Source: the human T2T-CHM13v2.0 reference genome, Homo sapiens. Taken from it: a stretch of 64,000 nucleotides of DNA. The notes under the pieces are model-generated. The model was not told where the DNA came from. It made no database searches and saw only the letters and a list, made by a program, of their open reading frames with translations. The DNA lies in the NCBI RefSeq assembly GCF_009914755.1, contig NC_060927.1; one strand, 5' to 3'. Numbering within the stretch: position 1 is the first letter of the stretch; every line of letters starts with the position of its first letter. The translations under genes and the position numbers were made by a program. Positions 49,936 through 64,000 of this stretch are shown piece by piece.

Positions 49936-50865
49936 AGATTTGAAAAAAGTAAAAAAAAGTCTTTATAGCCTCTTGCCTGCCCATGTTTTGTTACTTTGCT
50001 TATAAAGAGGTGAAAAACTACATGATATATAAGCTATTTCTTATTTTACTCTATAAAATCAAAACCAAAATGAAGATTAGATTGATTGGTGCAAGACCAT
50101 AAGTAAAGTTCTACCATTTTGACCCTTGAATGGGTGAGTTTTTCTACTCCAAGGACTGTTCATTTGTGTGTTGGGATTTTGTGATTGTGAACAGTGTAAT
50201 AAAAACTTGAACCTTTATCTGGTACTCCGTTTTCATCTAGCAACATTCACCACAGCAAGAGAAATTTCATACCTTCTCCAGATCTTTGTAATGTGAATTG
50301 ACCAAACTGAGAAAATAGAGTGGAAAATTGAGGTGGCTGCCATCTTGTTTCTCATATTTGAATAGCTCAGATCATTCAGCCATTCAACTGGTCTACATTG
50401 AGCACATACTATTTGCCTTGTACCAAGGTAGACATAGGTAAGACATGGACCCTACCTTCAAAGAACTCAGAGCTTAGAATGATGCATAGACATGTAAAGG
50501 GGTAATTATAATACAATTAAGTAAGAATACTAATTTTAGAATTATAACTGTAGATATGAAGTGTTGATATACAAGTAAATACAAATAAATATTTTTTGGA
50601 CTTAAATGGTTTATTTCTAGGTTTTTACATTGGAATTGTTTTGTCTCTGTTACCTGCTGAAAAAAATAAGGACCCAGCAGTCTACTTCTTCTACAGATGC
50701 CAACTGCTACATATTGGTTCAGTGTTGAGGGAGCAGAACTGTGTGTATGGAGCTTTTTGGAGCTGGTTGGAAGCCACAAGTGTGTGTATGTGGAGTGAGT
50801 GGGCCTGCCCAAGTGCTTGGTGTGTGATGGTTGCGCCCAGTCACCGCCTCTCCATGTCTCTCCAG

Positions 50866-51098
50866 CTCTCTGCGCCCTTGTTGCCACCATCTGGTTCCCT
50901 GTGTGCGCCCACCGTGAGACCACCATCGTGAGCTTTGGCTACTCCCTGTATGCAGGCTGGATTGGTGCTGTGCTGTGCCTCGTGGGTGGCTGTGTCATCC
51001 TCTGCTGCGCTGGAGATGCCCAGGCCTTTGGTGAAAACCGTTTCTACTACACTGCGGGCTCTAGCTCCCCGACTCATGCGAAGAGTGCCCACGTATAA
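50866..51098 (+). CDS. CLDN11: Claudin-11 coding exon 3 to stop
   Basis: tctctccag|CT CTC TGC; ...FGYSLYAGWIGAVLCLVGG...HAKSAHV then TAA. 226+165+233 = 624 nt = 207 aa plus stop. Confidence 0.98.
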
Positions 51099-51469
51099 GA
51101 GGGCTGCCCGGCTGCCCACAGAGGTGCTGTAGATGCTGGGCCCAGGGCCCTAGGTTTGCTCGTCACAGTGTGGGGAAGCCCATTCCTCTGCCAGGCTCTA
51201 AAGCCAAAGGTCTAGAAAAGCATCCTGTCTGGCATTTTGTAGTCTTAACTTCTCCCCATTTCCCCCATCTTTTGGTTGCCTTAAAAGAAATCTCTAGCTC
51301 AGATAATGCCCAGACATTTTTTTCCCTTGGTGTTGCCCCTATTAGCTCTTTTCTTGGGCATTCTTCTGCTGTTTATTAAAAATATATTATATATATTTTG
51401 TTTCTTTAAATTTCAAATGTTTTGCAAACATCACTGAGTTAGGTGGGGGTGGGGAAGAGAAATACAAGA

Positions 51470-51505
<36 letters not shown>

Positions 51506-53030
51506 AGGGCCTCACTCTGTTGCTCAGGCTGGAGTGCGGTGGTGTGATCTCGGCTCATGTAGCCTCAACCTCCCCGGCTCAAGTGATCCTCCTGCCTCAG
51601 CCTCCCAAGTAGCTGGGACTACAGGCGTTCACTACTACACCCAGCTAATTTTTAAGTTTTTTATAGAGATGAGGGCTCCCTATGTTGCCCAGGTTGGTCT
51701 CGAACTCCTGGACTCAAGGTATCCTCCCGCCTCGGCCTCCCAAAGTGTTGGGATTATAGGAGTGAGCCACCACACCGGCCAAGATGCTTTTCAAACTGAT
51801 ACAGATGACAATGGGAGCCTCATAAAGATGGCTTTTGTTTCTTCCCTTCAAGGTCATTTACTTGTACGAGACAGAAAAAGATAGCATTGGGGACATGGGA
51901 TGGGGGAGGGAGGGCAATAGTGGAACGAACTTTCCATGGGAAACTTTCCCTTTTGTAAGTTGAGGGCCAGGGGTAGGGATATTTTTTAGTTTGTGATTTT
52001 ACATTTATCTGTACATACTTTTTCAAGATTGATCATTTTTATAACCATGGTTTTCCTGAAATCCTCAATTCATCAATATGAAGGAAATGAACCACATAGA
52101 CTTTATGCAATAAATAACAGTGCAAGTGAGTATAACTCTAACTGATGTTCCACAAAACATTTTTGATTTCAGGTTTGTATGATGTAGTTTTTAATCGTAC
52201 ATTTTCATATGCTTCAAACTAACACATTTTTAAAGCTTTCCCCCACTTTTCTCTCTATTTGTATTGTTAGCCATCTTGAAGTGATGTTGTTTAACATAAA
52301 TTGTACTGTTGAATTTGGCTTTACGGGTGTAAACACTGATGGTATATCAGTATCTGAGACCCCAAACTCTCCAAATACTGATGGTGCATTTTATTCTTGA
52401 AGTGAAATCTGTGCAATAAAATAACAGACTGTCTGCAAAACTGGCCTTCAATCTTCTGTTGTATCCAGAGGTATCATTATTGATTTAAAAAAATCTCATT
52501 AATCTCTACTGGTAATTTATAGGGAATCTGATCAGTGATTCAAGAACAAGTAATTCTGCATTGCCTTGAATAATTAAAAAGTTATATTTTATTCACGGTA
52601 TTGCAGTGGTAATTTGTGGTCATGAAAGCATAACCTCAGTGCTCTCTAGGTTTCTTAAGTGGGGTGACTTTATGGCATCTTTAATCATCGATCAATGGGC
52701 AGCAATCAGAAACAAAGTTCTCAGCATTATGCAGTTAATGTCCTTCATCTACTTCTAACACTTAGTAAAGGAATTGATTGGCTAGGTATAAAAAGAGAAT
52801 TAACGAAACCTATTTTATTGGATCTTTAAGTAATAATATCTAAATACATTTCGTTCAAACATACATATGTAGCTGTTTGGACATTTTGGACAAAGACACA
52901 TTGAGTTGATTTTTATTTGTTTTTCTGTTCCAGAAACTTCATCAAGTTACGGGCCTGGTCTAAGAAAACACATTGCAATCTATTTTGGCAGACTTCTTTC
53001 AAATAAAATACTAATTTCATTAGCTGATAG
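51099..53030 (+). other. CLDN11: CLDN11 3'UTR with an antisense Alu (51473-51780) and three AATAAA signals
   Basis: AATAAA at 52109-52114, 52415-52420 and 53002-53007. The end point is inferred. Confidence 0.75.
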
Positions 53031-53038
53031 TATAGTAA

Positions 53039-54972
<1,934 letters not shown>

Positions 54973-56079
54973 TCATGGCTAGGTAATAAAGTAAACTGGA
55001 GATTCACTCTCTTCATTAGGGTGGGAGCCAAGAATGTGCATTGTTGTTGTGTATCCTCAGTGATTCTTATAAGGTGGTCCCCACACTACACTTTGAGAAA
55101 CAGCAAATAAAAGGACTTCTTTCTCATGCCTTTCTGTAAGTGCGGCTCATGTCCTCCCTGGTCTCTTGTTTGATGGTCACTGGAGATGAGATGATTTTGA
55201 GAATCGCACCATGCTTTACTCTCTCTCTTTAGCCTGTTCTGAAGAGACCACATGCAGGGGATTTTTGATTTGAAAATGAAACAGTCTGGCTCATGTTTTC
55301 CAAGAATTTGATAGAAACCAAATTAGAGAGAAAAGAATGTTTCAAGGCAATCTCTGAATCTAAGGATGTTAGTTACAATGACAGTAATAAAAAAGAGAAG
55401 ATTGTGTGCTTAAAGAATACAAGTTACATATTTGTGCTGAATTGGTGGTTTGGGTTAACAATAGAACAAGGTTTAGTTGTATCTTGCCCTGTTTTTTTTT
55501 TTTTTTTTTTAAATTAAAAAGAAATCTGCGTGTCAGTGTTTCTCTATACAATGTACACAATGTGAACTGCAACATCTTAAATGTTTGGCAGGACATTCAT
55601 GCTCATGACATCACATGCTGAGAGGACAGGGAGGCCAGTGTGGGGCTGGCCTCGAAGAGAGGCGGCATCAGTGCTACCATTGAGATGTCCCCACAAAAGA
55701 GTGTGTGACAGCCAGATGTGCAGCTTAATGGAGACTGAACCAGGATTGTGGGTGGAACATTGGCACATGCTGCTTATGGCTTGAATAGCAGCTCTTGAGG
55801 AATCTATATTTCTCTACCTCATGCAGAATCTTAGAGCTCTGGCTTTGTGGCTCCATGGCTGGGGGAGGGAGTGGAGACGGAGGAACTTGTCACTGCTCCA
55901 TGCCCCATTGTTGAAATGGAAAATGTGGAAATGTTAAGCCGTTTCTAGAGGATTGTGGAAGGTAAGAATTGCTTCCAAATATAAAAATACAAATACAAAA
56001 GATCACCTGATCGTCACAGTTGGGGGCTTTCTTGAATAAAAATGGTTATATCTCTATTTCTCTTATGTTGAATTCTATA

Positions 56080-56631
56080 GCTATGCTTTTCAAACTGTAG
56101 TGTTGATACGGATCACTTGGGGATCTTGTTAAAATGCAGATTCCGATTCAGCAAGTGTGTGATAGGGCCTGAGGTTTGGCATTTCTGACCAGCTCTCGGG
56201 GGACGCTGAAGCTGATGGTCCCAGACTCACACCCTGAGTGCACAGACTCTGGAGTCTGCCTCCTGCGGAAGCACAGACCGGCTTTGTGCATAGACATGGT
56301 GACTGGCGCCTGTTTTTGTGGAAGACACTGGGAGTGGTTCTTTGCCCTTCAAAATAATTCTGGAGCCTCACTGGCCAATAATTCTGGTGTAGAATCATTC
56401 TTTTGACTTCAAGGTTTTGTTCCTTATACACCCAGTGGTACTCTTGAGCTAAGTACTGGCTCATTCACATTTTCAGGAAGTTTGCAAGCCAGTTGATGTC
56501 ACGTTGGGAGCTTGATAGCAGCCATGGTGGGAGGGTCATTCCACAGAAATCACCAAACACTGCAAATCAGGCATTTCTCTCCCAGCTCCACCTTCCGGCC
56601 AGTTGCTAAACATTTACCAGGCCACCACTGC
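56080..56631. mobile_element. MER5A-like (about 56080-56250) and MER63-like (56432-56631) hAT relics
   Basis: cttgttaaaatgcagattcc; termini ccagtggt...taaacatttaccaggccaccactg. Confidence 0.7.
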
Positions 56632-58999
56632 TCAGCTCTTGGAGAACAATACATTAAGCTATATCAGTCCTTGTCACTGTAATTGGGAAAGGCTCTATTC
56701 CTCCCCTTCCTGAGAAGAAGTTTCGATGAGGGAAGGTGGGTAGAGCTGGGAGCACATGAGGTGACTGAGGGGAAAGAGATGTGCCAGCTGCAGTCTCTTG
56801 GAGCTGTGTGTGCACTGGTCTCCTTGTCCTGAGTCTGAGGGTCTTGGTGGCCTGGCAGAGAAAGGGCTGCTTCCTCACCTTTTAGTCTGGTTCCTAGGCT
56901 TGGAGAGCAGTCGGTAAAACCGGCTTATATATCAAATACCATGGCTACCAGGTTGGTGCATAGGGCCATCCTGTCCTCTTTTGAACTCATATACTTGGGG
57001 CGTCACTCATCTGACTTCTAGAAGTTTCCTGGCAGATTTAGTTTTGAAAGGTCACTTTTTTTTCCTGATTGTAATAGTAATAATAATATAATGACTCATG
57101 TTTATTGAAAGCTTATTCTTTGCCAGACACAGTCCTAGTATTTTATATATACTGACACATTTAATCTCACAACAACCCTTATGAATTAGGGGCTATTGAT
57201 ATTTTCATTTTACAAAGAAGGAAATTAAGACAAAGGTGATTTCAAACTGGCTTAAATCACACAACTATTGAGTAATGTACATTTACAGAAAATTTGAACA
57301 CTGTGGAAAAATACAAAATTAAATAAAAAATCACCCATCATTTCATCATTAATTTCTTTTGTATATATGTTTAGTCATCATTTTATTTTAAAATAAAAAC
57401 TCTAACATACTCTACATATAAATTTGTTCCTGCTTTAAAAAAATACATACATTTTCTTGTGTCATTAAGTGGTTTTTCTATGAAAAGATCTTTAATATCT
57501 GCATAATATTCTATTGTTTGGATGTACTAACAATCTACATAATCTACTCAATGAATTCCGAAGAATGTCTTAGTTGTTTTGGTTTCTTTTAAATTTCTTC
57601 TAAGTAATTTTGCCATGAACATCCTTATAGGCAAATTTTTGCACATATCCATGATGATCTTTTTAAAGATAAATTCCTAGAAAGGAGTTGCTGGATCCTA
57701 TATTCCAAGTAGTGTTTTAAAAACAGGTTTCTTTTTTTCTTTTTGGTAGGAGGGTGCCTAGTTTCTCCAGCACTAATAATAGAATGCAGTTTATCAATTT
57801 AATATGCTGTTCTTTTATAATTATTTGAAATATTCATTTTTTTCAGTTTTGTTGATGTGGAGTTATATAAACAAATACTTTTGATAAATAGCTAATTCAA
57901 ACATTTCAAAATTATTGATGGAAGAGAATGTATGCAAATGGGATGCTGGAGGACTGAAGTTCTGCCCTATATTATAGTCCTGCTTTAGCTGACCAATGTC
58001 CACCGGGAGTGGAGTGTTTGTCTTCAGGAGACTTTGTGTGTGGGACACTCTGATTCCAGTAGCCCCTGTTTAGGGTGGGAAGCTCTGGGAGAATTGTAGG
58101 CTGAACCATTATTTTTATTTGTTCCCAGCATAGTATCTCAAACATAATCTACTGAGACCAAAACAAGGCAAGGTAAAAATGAATTACTTTCTCTTTTCCC
58201 AAGCCTTCTAGACGTTAATCTTGTGCTTATGATGGAAAGAAAATTTACCTGGCTTCATTTGCTGTCTGATTTTGCTTATTACTGTTTCAACAAAAGGTCG
58301 GGGAAAATGCACATCAAGGAGAGCTTCTAGAGGTGTGAGGGGCCCAGGACTGTTGGGGATGAGAGCCTCTGCACCGCAGGGCAGCCGAGGGCCTTGGGCC
58401 GTTCTCTTGGTTTTGAAGTAGCCTCCATGAGCAAGGAGAGCCTTCCCCTCACACAGTTAGGAAACACCACTCATTCATCCTAGTCCACAGGGTGGACCTG
58501 GGGGTGCAGCTCTTCCCTTCAATTCGGGGTTATGAGAGACCCCTCTTTCCTCACCATGGCCTTTCTCAAACCAGAACAAAGCTCAGATTTGCCTCAGTCA
58601 TGGAGTATCTAAGCAAGATCTTGAGTCATTTCATTCATTATTTCTAAAATGTGGTATGGGGATCATCAGCGTATGGCTCATTCAGTAAAATGGAGATACA
58701 TGGGCTCTACTCCAGATGAATGGAGTAGGGATGCGCCCTGGGAATCGGCATTTTACATGACTCTCCAGGTGATTGAGGTGCTCTCTAAAGTTTGAGAACC
58801 ATTGAAAAAGGTCCAATGAATATGGGCATTGGAACAGACCATTGCAGAAAGATGAGTCATATGAAGGAACTGGGAGCCAGAAAAGTAAAGGGATTTCCCC
58901 AAGGGTGTATTGCCAGGGTGTTATTTCCTATTACCTAGGGCTCTAAAATGAAGGGATTGTAGTGTTGGGGAGCTGCTCCTTTTTTGAACTAGCCATTCC

Positions 59000-61600
59000 A
59001 TCAGAATGAGAGCTGCCTTTATCTTTTTTGGCCCATCCTTCTGGTTTTGGGGTGAGAGCCTAATTCAGGCTGGGCCAATCACAGTACATCACTGACCTGA
59101 GATAACTGGGATCAGCCCAGGAGGGCAGCTTTTCATCTAAATTGGACCAGCCAGAGCCCATTCTTTATTGGAGCCATGGGATACAGCACATTTCTCTGAT
59201 AGCAAAACCGGAAAGATGTGAGTCTAGAAGCTCTTAGCAGCCGTCATTCCAGCTGTGTGGAAAGAGTGAGTCTGGGAAAATGAGGCCAAAATGCAGAGAG
59301 AAGTGGAGGCCAAAGAACAGAGAATTTCATGATATATGGGGGGCTTGATTCCATAGTTTCTGAGGCCAGCTTCATAAAAGCCCTTTGGTTACATAAACCA
59401 ACACCCCCACCAATTCCTTTACTTTTCCTATTTGGGTTTTGTCAATTGCAACCAAAAGAATTCTGACTTGGCAGAGACTCTAGTCTTGATAGATATTCCT
59501 ACAAAGTCCAAGTCCGTTTTTCCGTCTTCCTTTGGAGGATTTCACCTTTTCTTTCACCAGCCATGTGTTCTGAATGGGACCATGGCCTTCTTCCTTTGCC
59601 AGAACGTTAGGTCCAGAAGATGGGTGTGTGACCCAAGTCAGGCCAATCAAGTTCTCTCCTGGAACTTTTCAAACTGCAGTTGTGAGAGGACACCATTTTT
59701 CTCCATTTAGAAGAGCTTGCAGTATCCATGGTGTCCATAAGTCTTGTGAAGAAGCTTATCTGTAGGAAGGGAGAGGAAGCAGAAATGAGAGATGGGGAGC
59801 AGGGAGCCCAACAATGTTGAGGTGTCTCATTCTAGGTGACCCTGGAGGAGACAGCGACATGGTTTTTGGTCAAAGCAAGTATGAAGTGAGTCACTGTCAC
59901 TTTCAATCAAAAAAGTCCACGTGGATAGCGGGCTTCCTGAACCAATTGGCTTAGACCTTAAGCCTGAGGAGGTCTCATATGTGGGCTGCTGCTTGTAAAT
60001 TTATGCAAGGAAAAAGGGTGAGGTTTTATCACTAACATTTATCCTGACTTAAACCCACAGACACCTTCCTCACCCACCTCCACCACACCTCTACTCCCCC
60101 CGCACCTCTATTCCCTATACTAGCTGGCTAAATCAGAGTTCAGGAAAAAAGCAACCACCTGAGGATTTCAGAGGGAATTTAATACAGGGAATTGGTTGTA
60201 GATAATGGAACAGCAGAGAAGTCAAGCAGAATGATGAGGTAACTCATAGCTGGAAGCCACTAACAGGGGATGAAGAGGCAATAGGAGGAGGCTGTGACTA
60301 GAACCCAGAGGCTAGGGCCACCTAGGGGGAGCTGGGACCATGGTGGGACTGCCTCTTGAGGGCTAAGACCACAGAGGGAAGGGGCCTTGTAGGATCTGGG
60401 ACCAGGGAGGTGACTCAGTCCCTGCTAAATACATCACCGAAGCAGAGCAAAAGAGGGAAAAATACCGCGGTTTCTCCCCTTCTCCTGCCCTCCAGTCATC
60501 TGCCTGTGCCTCTCTTAGGTTGACCTACCCAGTCAGAAGTCCAGGGAGCCTGGGAAATGTAGACTGAGGATGGGCCAGACAATGGCTCTCAGAGCACATG
60601 CATAGTTAAGCCTGAATATGGCAGAAATAGATCAAGGATTAGGGAGCCTCAAAATCTGGAAGCTGCTCAGACCTCATGGGGCAGGGTGAGGGCCACTCTC
60701 TGAGTGCCTGCCAGTAAATACTTCACAAATGAGTTCTGGGCTTGCTTAGGACATCGATTCAAAACCGATTCCCAAATCTACCTTCCCCGTTGGAACTGGT
60801 CATGCTTTGGTAGCACATAGAAGGTCCTACAATACTACTGCTCAGGTTCAGGGATGACTTTGCTTCTCTTCCTCTGCTTGCTCCTTGGAACCCAAGCCAG
60901 ATCCTGGTTCTGAACTACCTACTTTCCCATTGATGCTACCGTGATCGTGCACTCTGGAGCTTCTCCCCTCTCCATTCTTGCTGTCTCTGTATCTCCTCAA
61001 GACCGCACCATCTCCTTCCTGGATGCCTCCTGTCTCTCCTCCTTCGAGTCTAGCTTCCCCTTTGTCAATATCAAGATCTCAACAGGTGCTTCCCTGGCTT
61101 GTCATCCTTTGAGTTCCCCCTTTCCCCGCTTCTCAAAATGCAACTGCCTTAGCTTGGCATGCAAGGCCCTTCAGAAACCTTCCTGGCCTTTATTAAAAAT
61201 ATTCACATAAGGGTCTTTGATTATGAGCAAGAGAAACAGACTCTGGATAGATGAAACAAAAGAGGGATTTTTTGGGGGGGAGGGGGAGTTTGGAAAACAG
61301 GGTTTTGGGGGAAGAAAATTTAGTTTTTCAGAAAAACCAAACTCAGGGAAGGGCAAGCAAAAAGTAGACAGTTTTGCAAGGGTTCTGTTGCTAGGATGAA
61401 GGAACTCCAGCTGTGTTCAGTCTTTTTGTCACTTGGTTTAAGATTAAAATACCAGAAGGTAGCATCTGATTGGCTTAGAAAAGTCATGTGCCTGCCCCTG
61501 AGCCAATCACTGTATGTAGCTAGGGAAATTGGGCCAGGCCTAGGTCCTATGCTCCATATATATTTTTTTCCCTGGGGGTTGGTGGGGGTGAAAAAGAGGA
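59000..61600. mobile_element. Cluster of old LTRs: MLT1-type (about 59000-59470, 59520-59915, 61210-61600) and ERVL-type (about 60130-60590)
   Basis: ggccaatca cores, tgcaaccaaaagaattctgact termini, gaatttaatacagggaattggtt; subfamilies uncertain. Confidence 0.6.
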
Positions 61601-62367
61601 GGGTTTCCCCAAAGAAATTAAGGTGCTTAGGGGACATGAAAGGATCCAAGGTAACACATGTCTATTACATTTACCAATATCCCAAAGTACGATTCAATCA
61701 TTCTTATTGTCTCCTCCCTGCCCCTTGCCCCATAATCTCATCAAGATGGTCTTTGGGAGAGAATCAATCATCACTAAACAAGAGACTCTTTATAAGAACA
61801 ATATCCTGGAGAATTAATTATTGTAAATTTTGAGCTCTTTCCCTAAAACTATTTATATTTTCAGTAAATCTAAAAAGCTTTTATTAATGAAAAATCTCCC
61901 CTCATTCTGCCTTCTGTTCAGAATGGAACAGAATTCTGAATAAGCAGGCCTTCAGGGTATGAGGCTAGATACATAATTCATGGCTGCACTGTGTTTTCAC
62001 ATCTGGGCTTCCTTAGAGCTTATTGATATTTTATTAAGACTGAAACATTTTTGTATTATTTAAAAATTCACAAACTCTTAAAACTTTATCTTAAAATGAG
62101 TTTTATGAGTGTCTGCTAAAATCATATTATTTATTCATTCATTCATTTGTTAATTGGTTAACTAATCACGCAAACATTTAATGAGCACTTGTTATGTGCC
62201 AGCCATGCATTAGCCACCAGATATAAAAAGGAAGCACAGAGACAGTACCAGGCTCAAATAACTCAGAGTCTAGTGGCAAAGTCAGGCATGTCATGAATAA
62301 TAATGATATTAGTTTATTATCATTGTCATCTTTAATGTACTTTGAAAAGTTACACCTGAAATGATTT

Positions 62368-63037
62368 AATTTTTTTTTTTTTTAGACAGGGTCTCACTCT
62401 GTTGCTCAGGCTGCAATGCAGTGGCGTGATCTTGGCTTATGGAAACCTCCGCCTTCTGGGCTCAAATGATTCTCGTGCCTCCACCTCCTGAGTAGCTGGG
62501 ATTACAGGCGTGAGCCACCACACCAGGCTAATTTTTGTGGTTTTAGTAGAGAGGAGGTTTTGCAATGTTGGCCAGGCTGGTCTCAAGCTCCTGGCCTCAA
62601 GTGATCCACTCATCTCCCCCTCCCCAAGTGCTGGGATTACAGGCATGAGCCACCATGCCCGGCCCTGGCTGAGAGGGGAAAATAAAATACCAACAGACGC
62701 GCATCATTGCACAGATTAAATATAAGAGGCTAAAGAATATTGGATGTGGCCAGGCGTGGTGGCACGTGCCTGTAATCCCAGCACTTTGGGAGCCCGAGGC
62801 AGGCGGATCATGAGGTCAGGAGATCGAGACCATCCTGGCCAACATGGTGAAACCTGTCTCTCCTAAAAATACAAAAATTGGCTGGGCTTGGTGGTGCGTA
62901 CCTGTAATCCCAGCTACTCGGGAGGCTGAGGCAGGAGACTCTCTTGAACCAGGGAGTCAGAAGTTGCAGTGAGGTGAGATGGTGCCACGGCATTCCAGCC
63001 TGGCAACAGAGCGAGACTCCGTCTCAAAAAAAAAAAA
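62368..63037. mobile_element. Head-to-head Alu pair (62368-62664 -, 62748-63037 +)
   Basis: Alu consensus in opposite orientations, about 83-bp spacer. Confidence 0.92.
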
Positions 63038-63359
63038 ATTTGATGTATAAATGCATATTGACTTCAACTACGTCTTCCCCCAAGGTTGTACCTTTTTTGT
63101 GGGCGTGGAAAGTCAGCCAATTCTGAAACTTCCTAAAGTTTATTGACTTAATTATGAGCAAAAACAGTGAGATACTGGCAGAGAAGTGCCATCTTCAGGC
63201 TTCTGTGGGATGTCCTGCTGAGACCTGTGGAGGAGCATGCTGTTTCTTCTTAGAGCTGGAACTTAGTTGAAGGCATCACTCTTTTGCTTGTCAGAATAAT
63301 TAAAAAACTCTCCAGGTGTCGGAGCTCAGCTTCTACTGTGTCAAGTGCAGCAAAAACGT

Positions 63360-63960
<601 letters not shown>

Positions 63961-64000
63961 GCCTTTATTCTATCAGGCTGGGAGCCTAGATAAAATTTTG

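Noticed and set aside
50474-51119. Antisense and alternative-frame ORFs over CLDN11 exon 3 (150, 111, 92 aa)
   Set aside because: Shadow ORFs of a GC-rich coding exon with no independent gene signals.
61396-61833. 145-aa ATG-initiated ORF
   Set aside because: Overlaps a degenerate MLT1-type LTR; no recognisable protein features.

Overview
Human (primate) genomic DNA, very Alu-rich, recognisable as the SKIL-CLDN11 locus (3q26.2 from established knowledge). The + strand carries the last four coding exons of SKIL (SnoN; 3185-3417, 8896-9137, 9709-9933, 10932-11090) with a ~4.4 kb AU-rich 3'UTR. A ~21 kb intergenic region follows, made of nested L1, Tigger1, MaLR and Alu elements. Then comes the complete three-exon CLDN11 gene (CpG-island promoter; CDS 37411-37636, 41504-41668, 50866-51098, 207 aa) with the tailed mirtron miR-6828 at the end of intron 1, followed by an LTR/DNA-transposon-rich flank. 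Nearly all other ORFs in the track are Alu, L1, simple-repeat or GC-rich artefacts. I found no convincing new protein-coding gene or multi-gene system. The best leads are RNA-level or structural: a miR-15/16 8mer site hidden in a hairpin by a seed-mimicking arm in the SKIL 3'UTR, a palindrome placing the CLDN11 AUG in a tetraloop, a duplicated poly(A) cassette bracketing a QKI site, a young AluYa5 with an expanded linker, a template-switch footprint, tight inverted Alu pairs, and candidate CTCF/SOX/AP-1 elements. Repeat boundaries and subfamily names are by eye and approximate.
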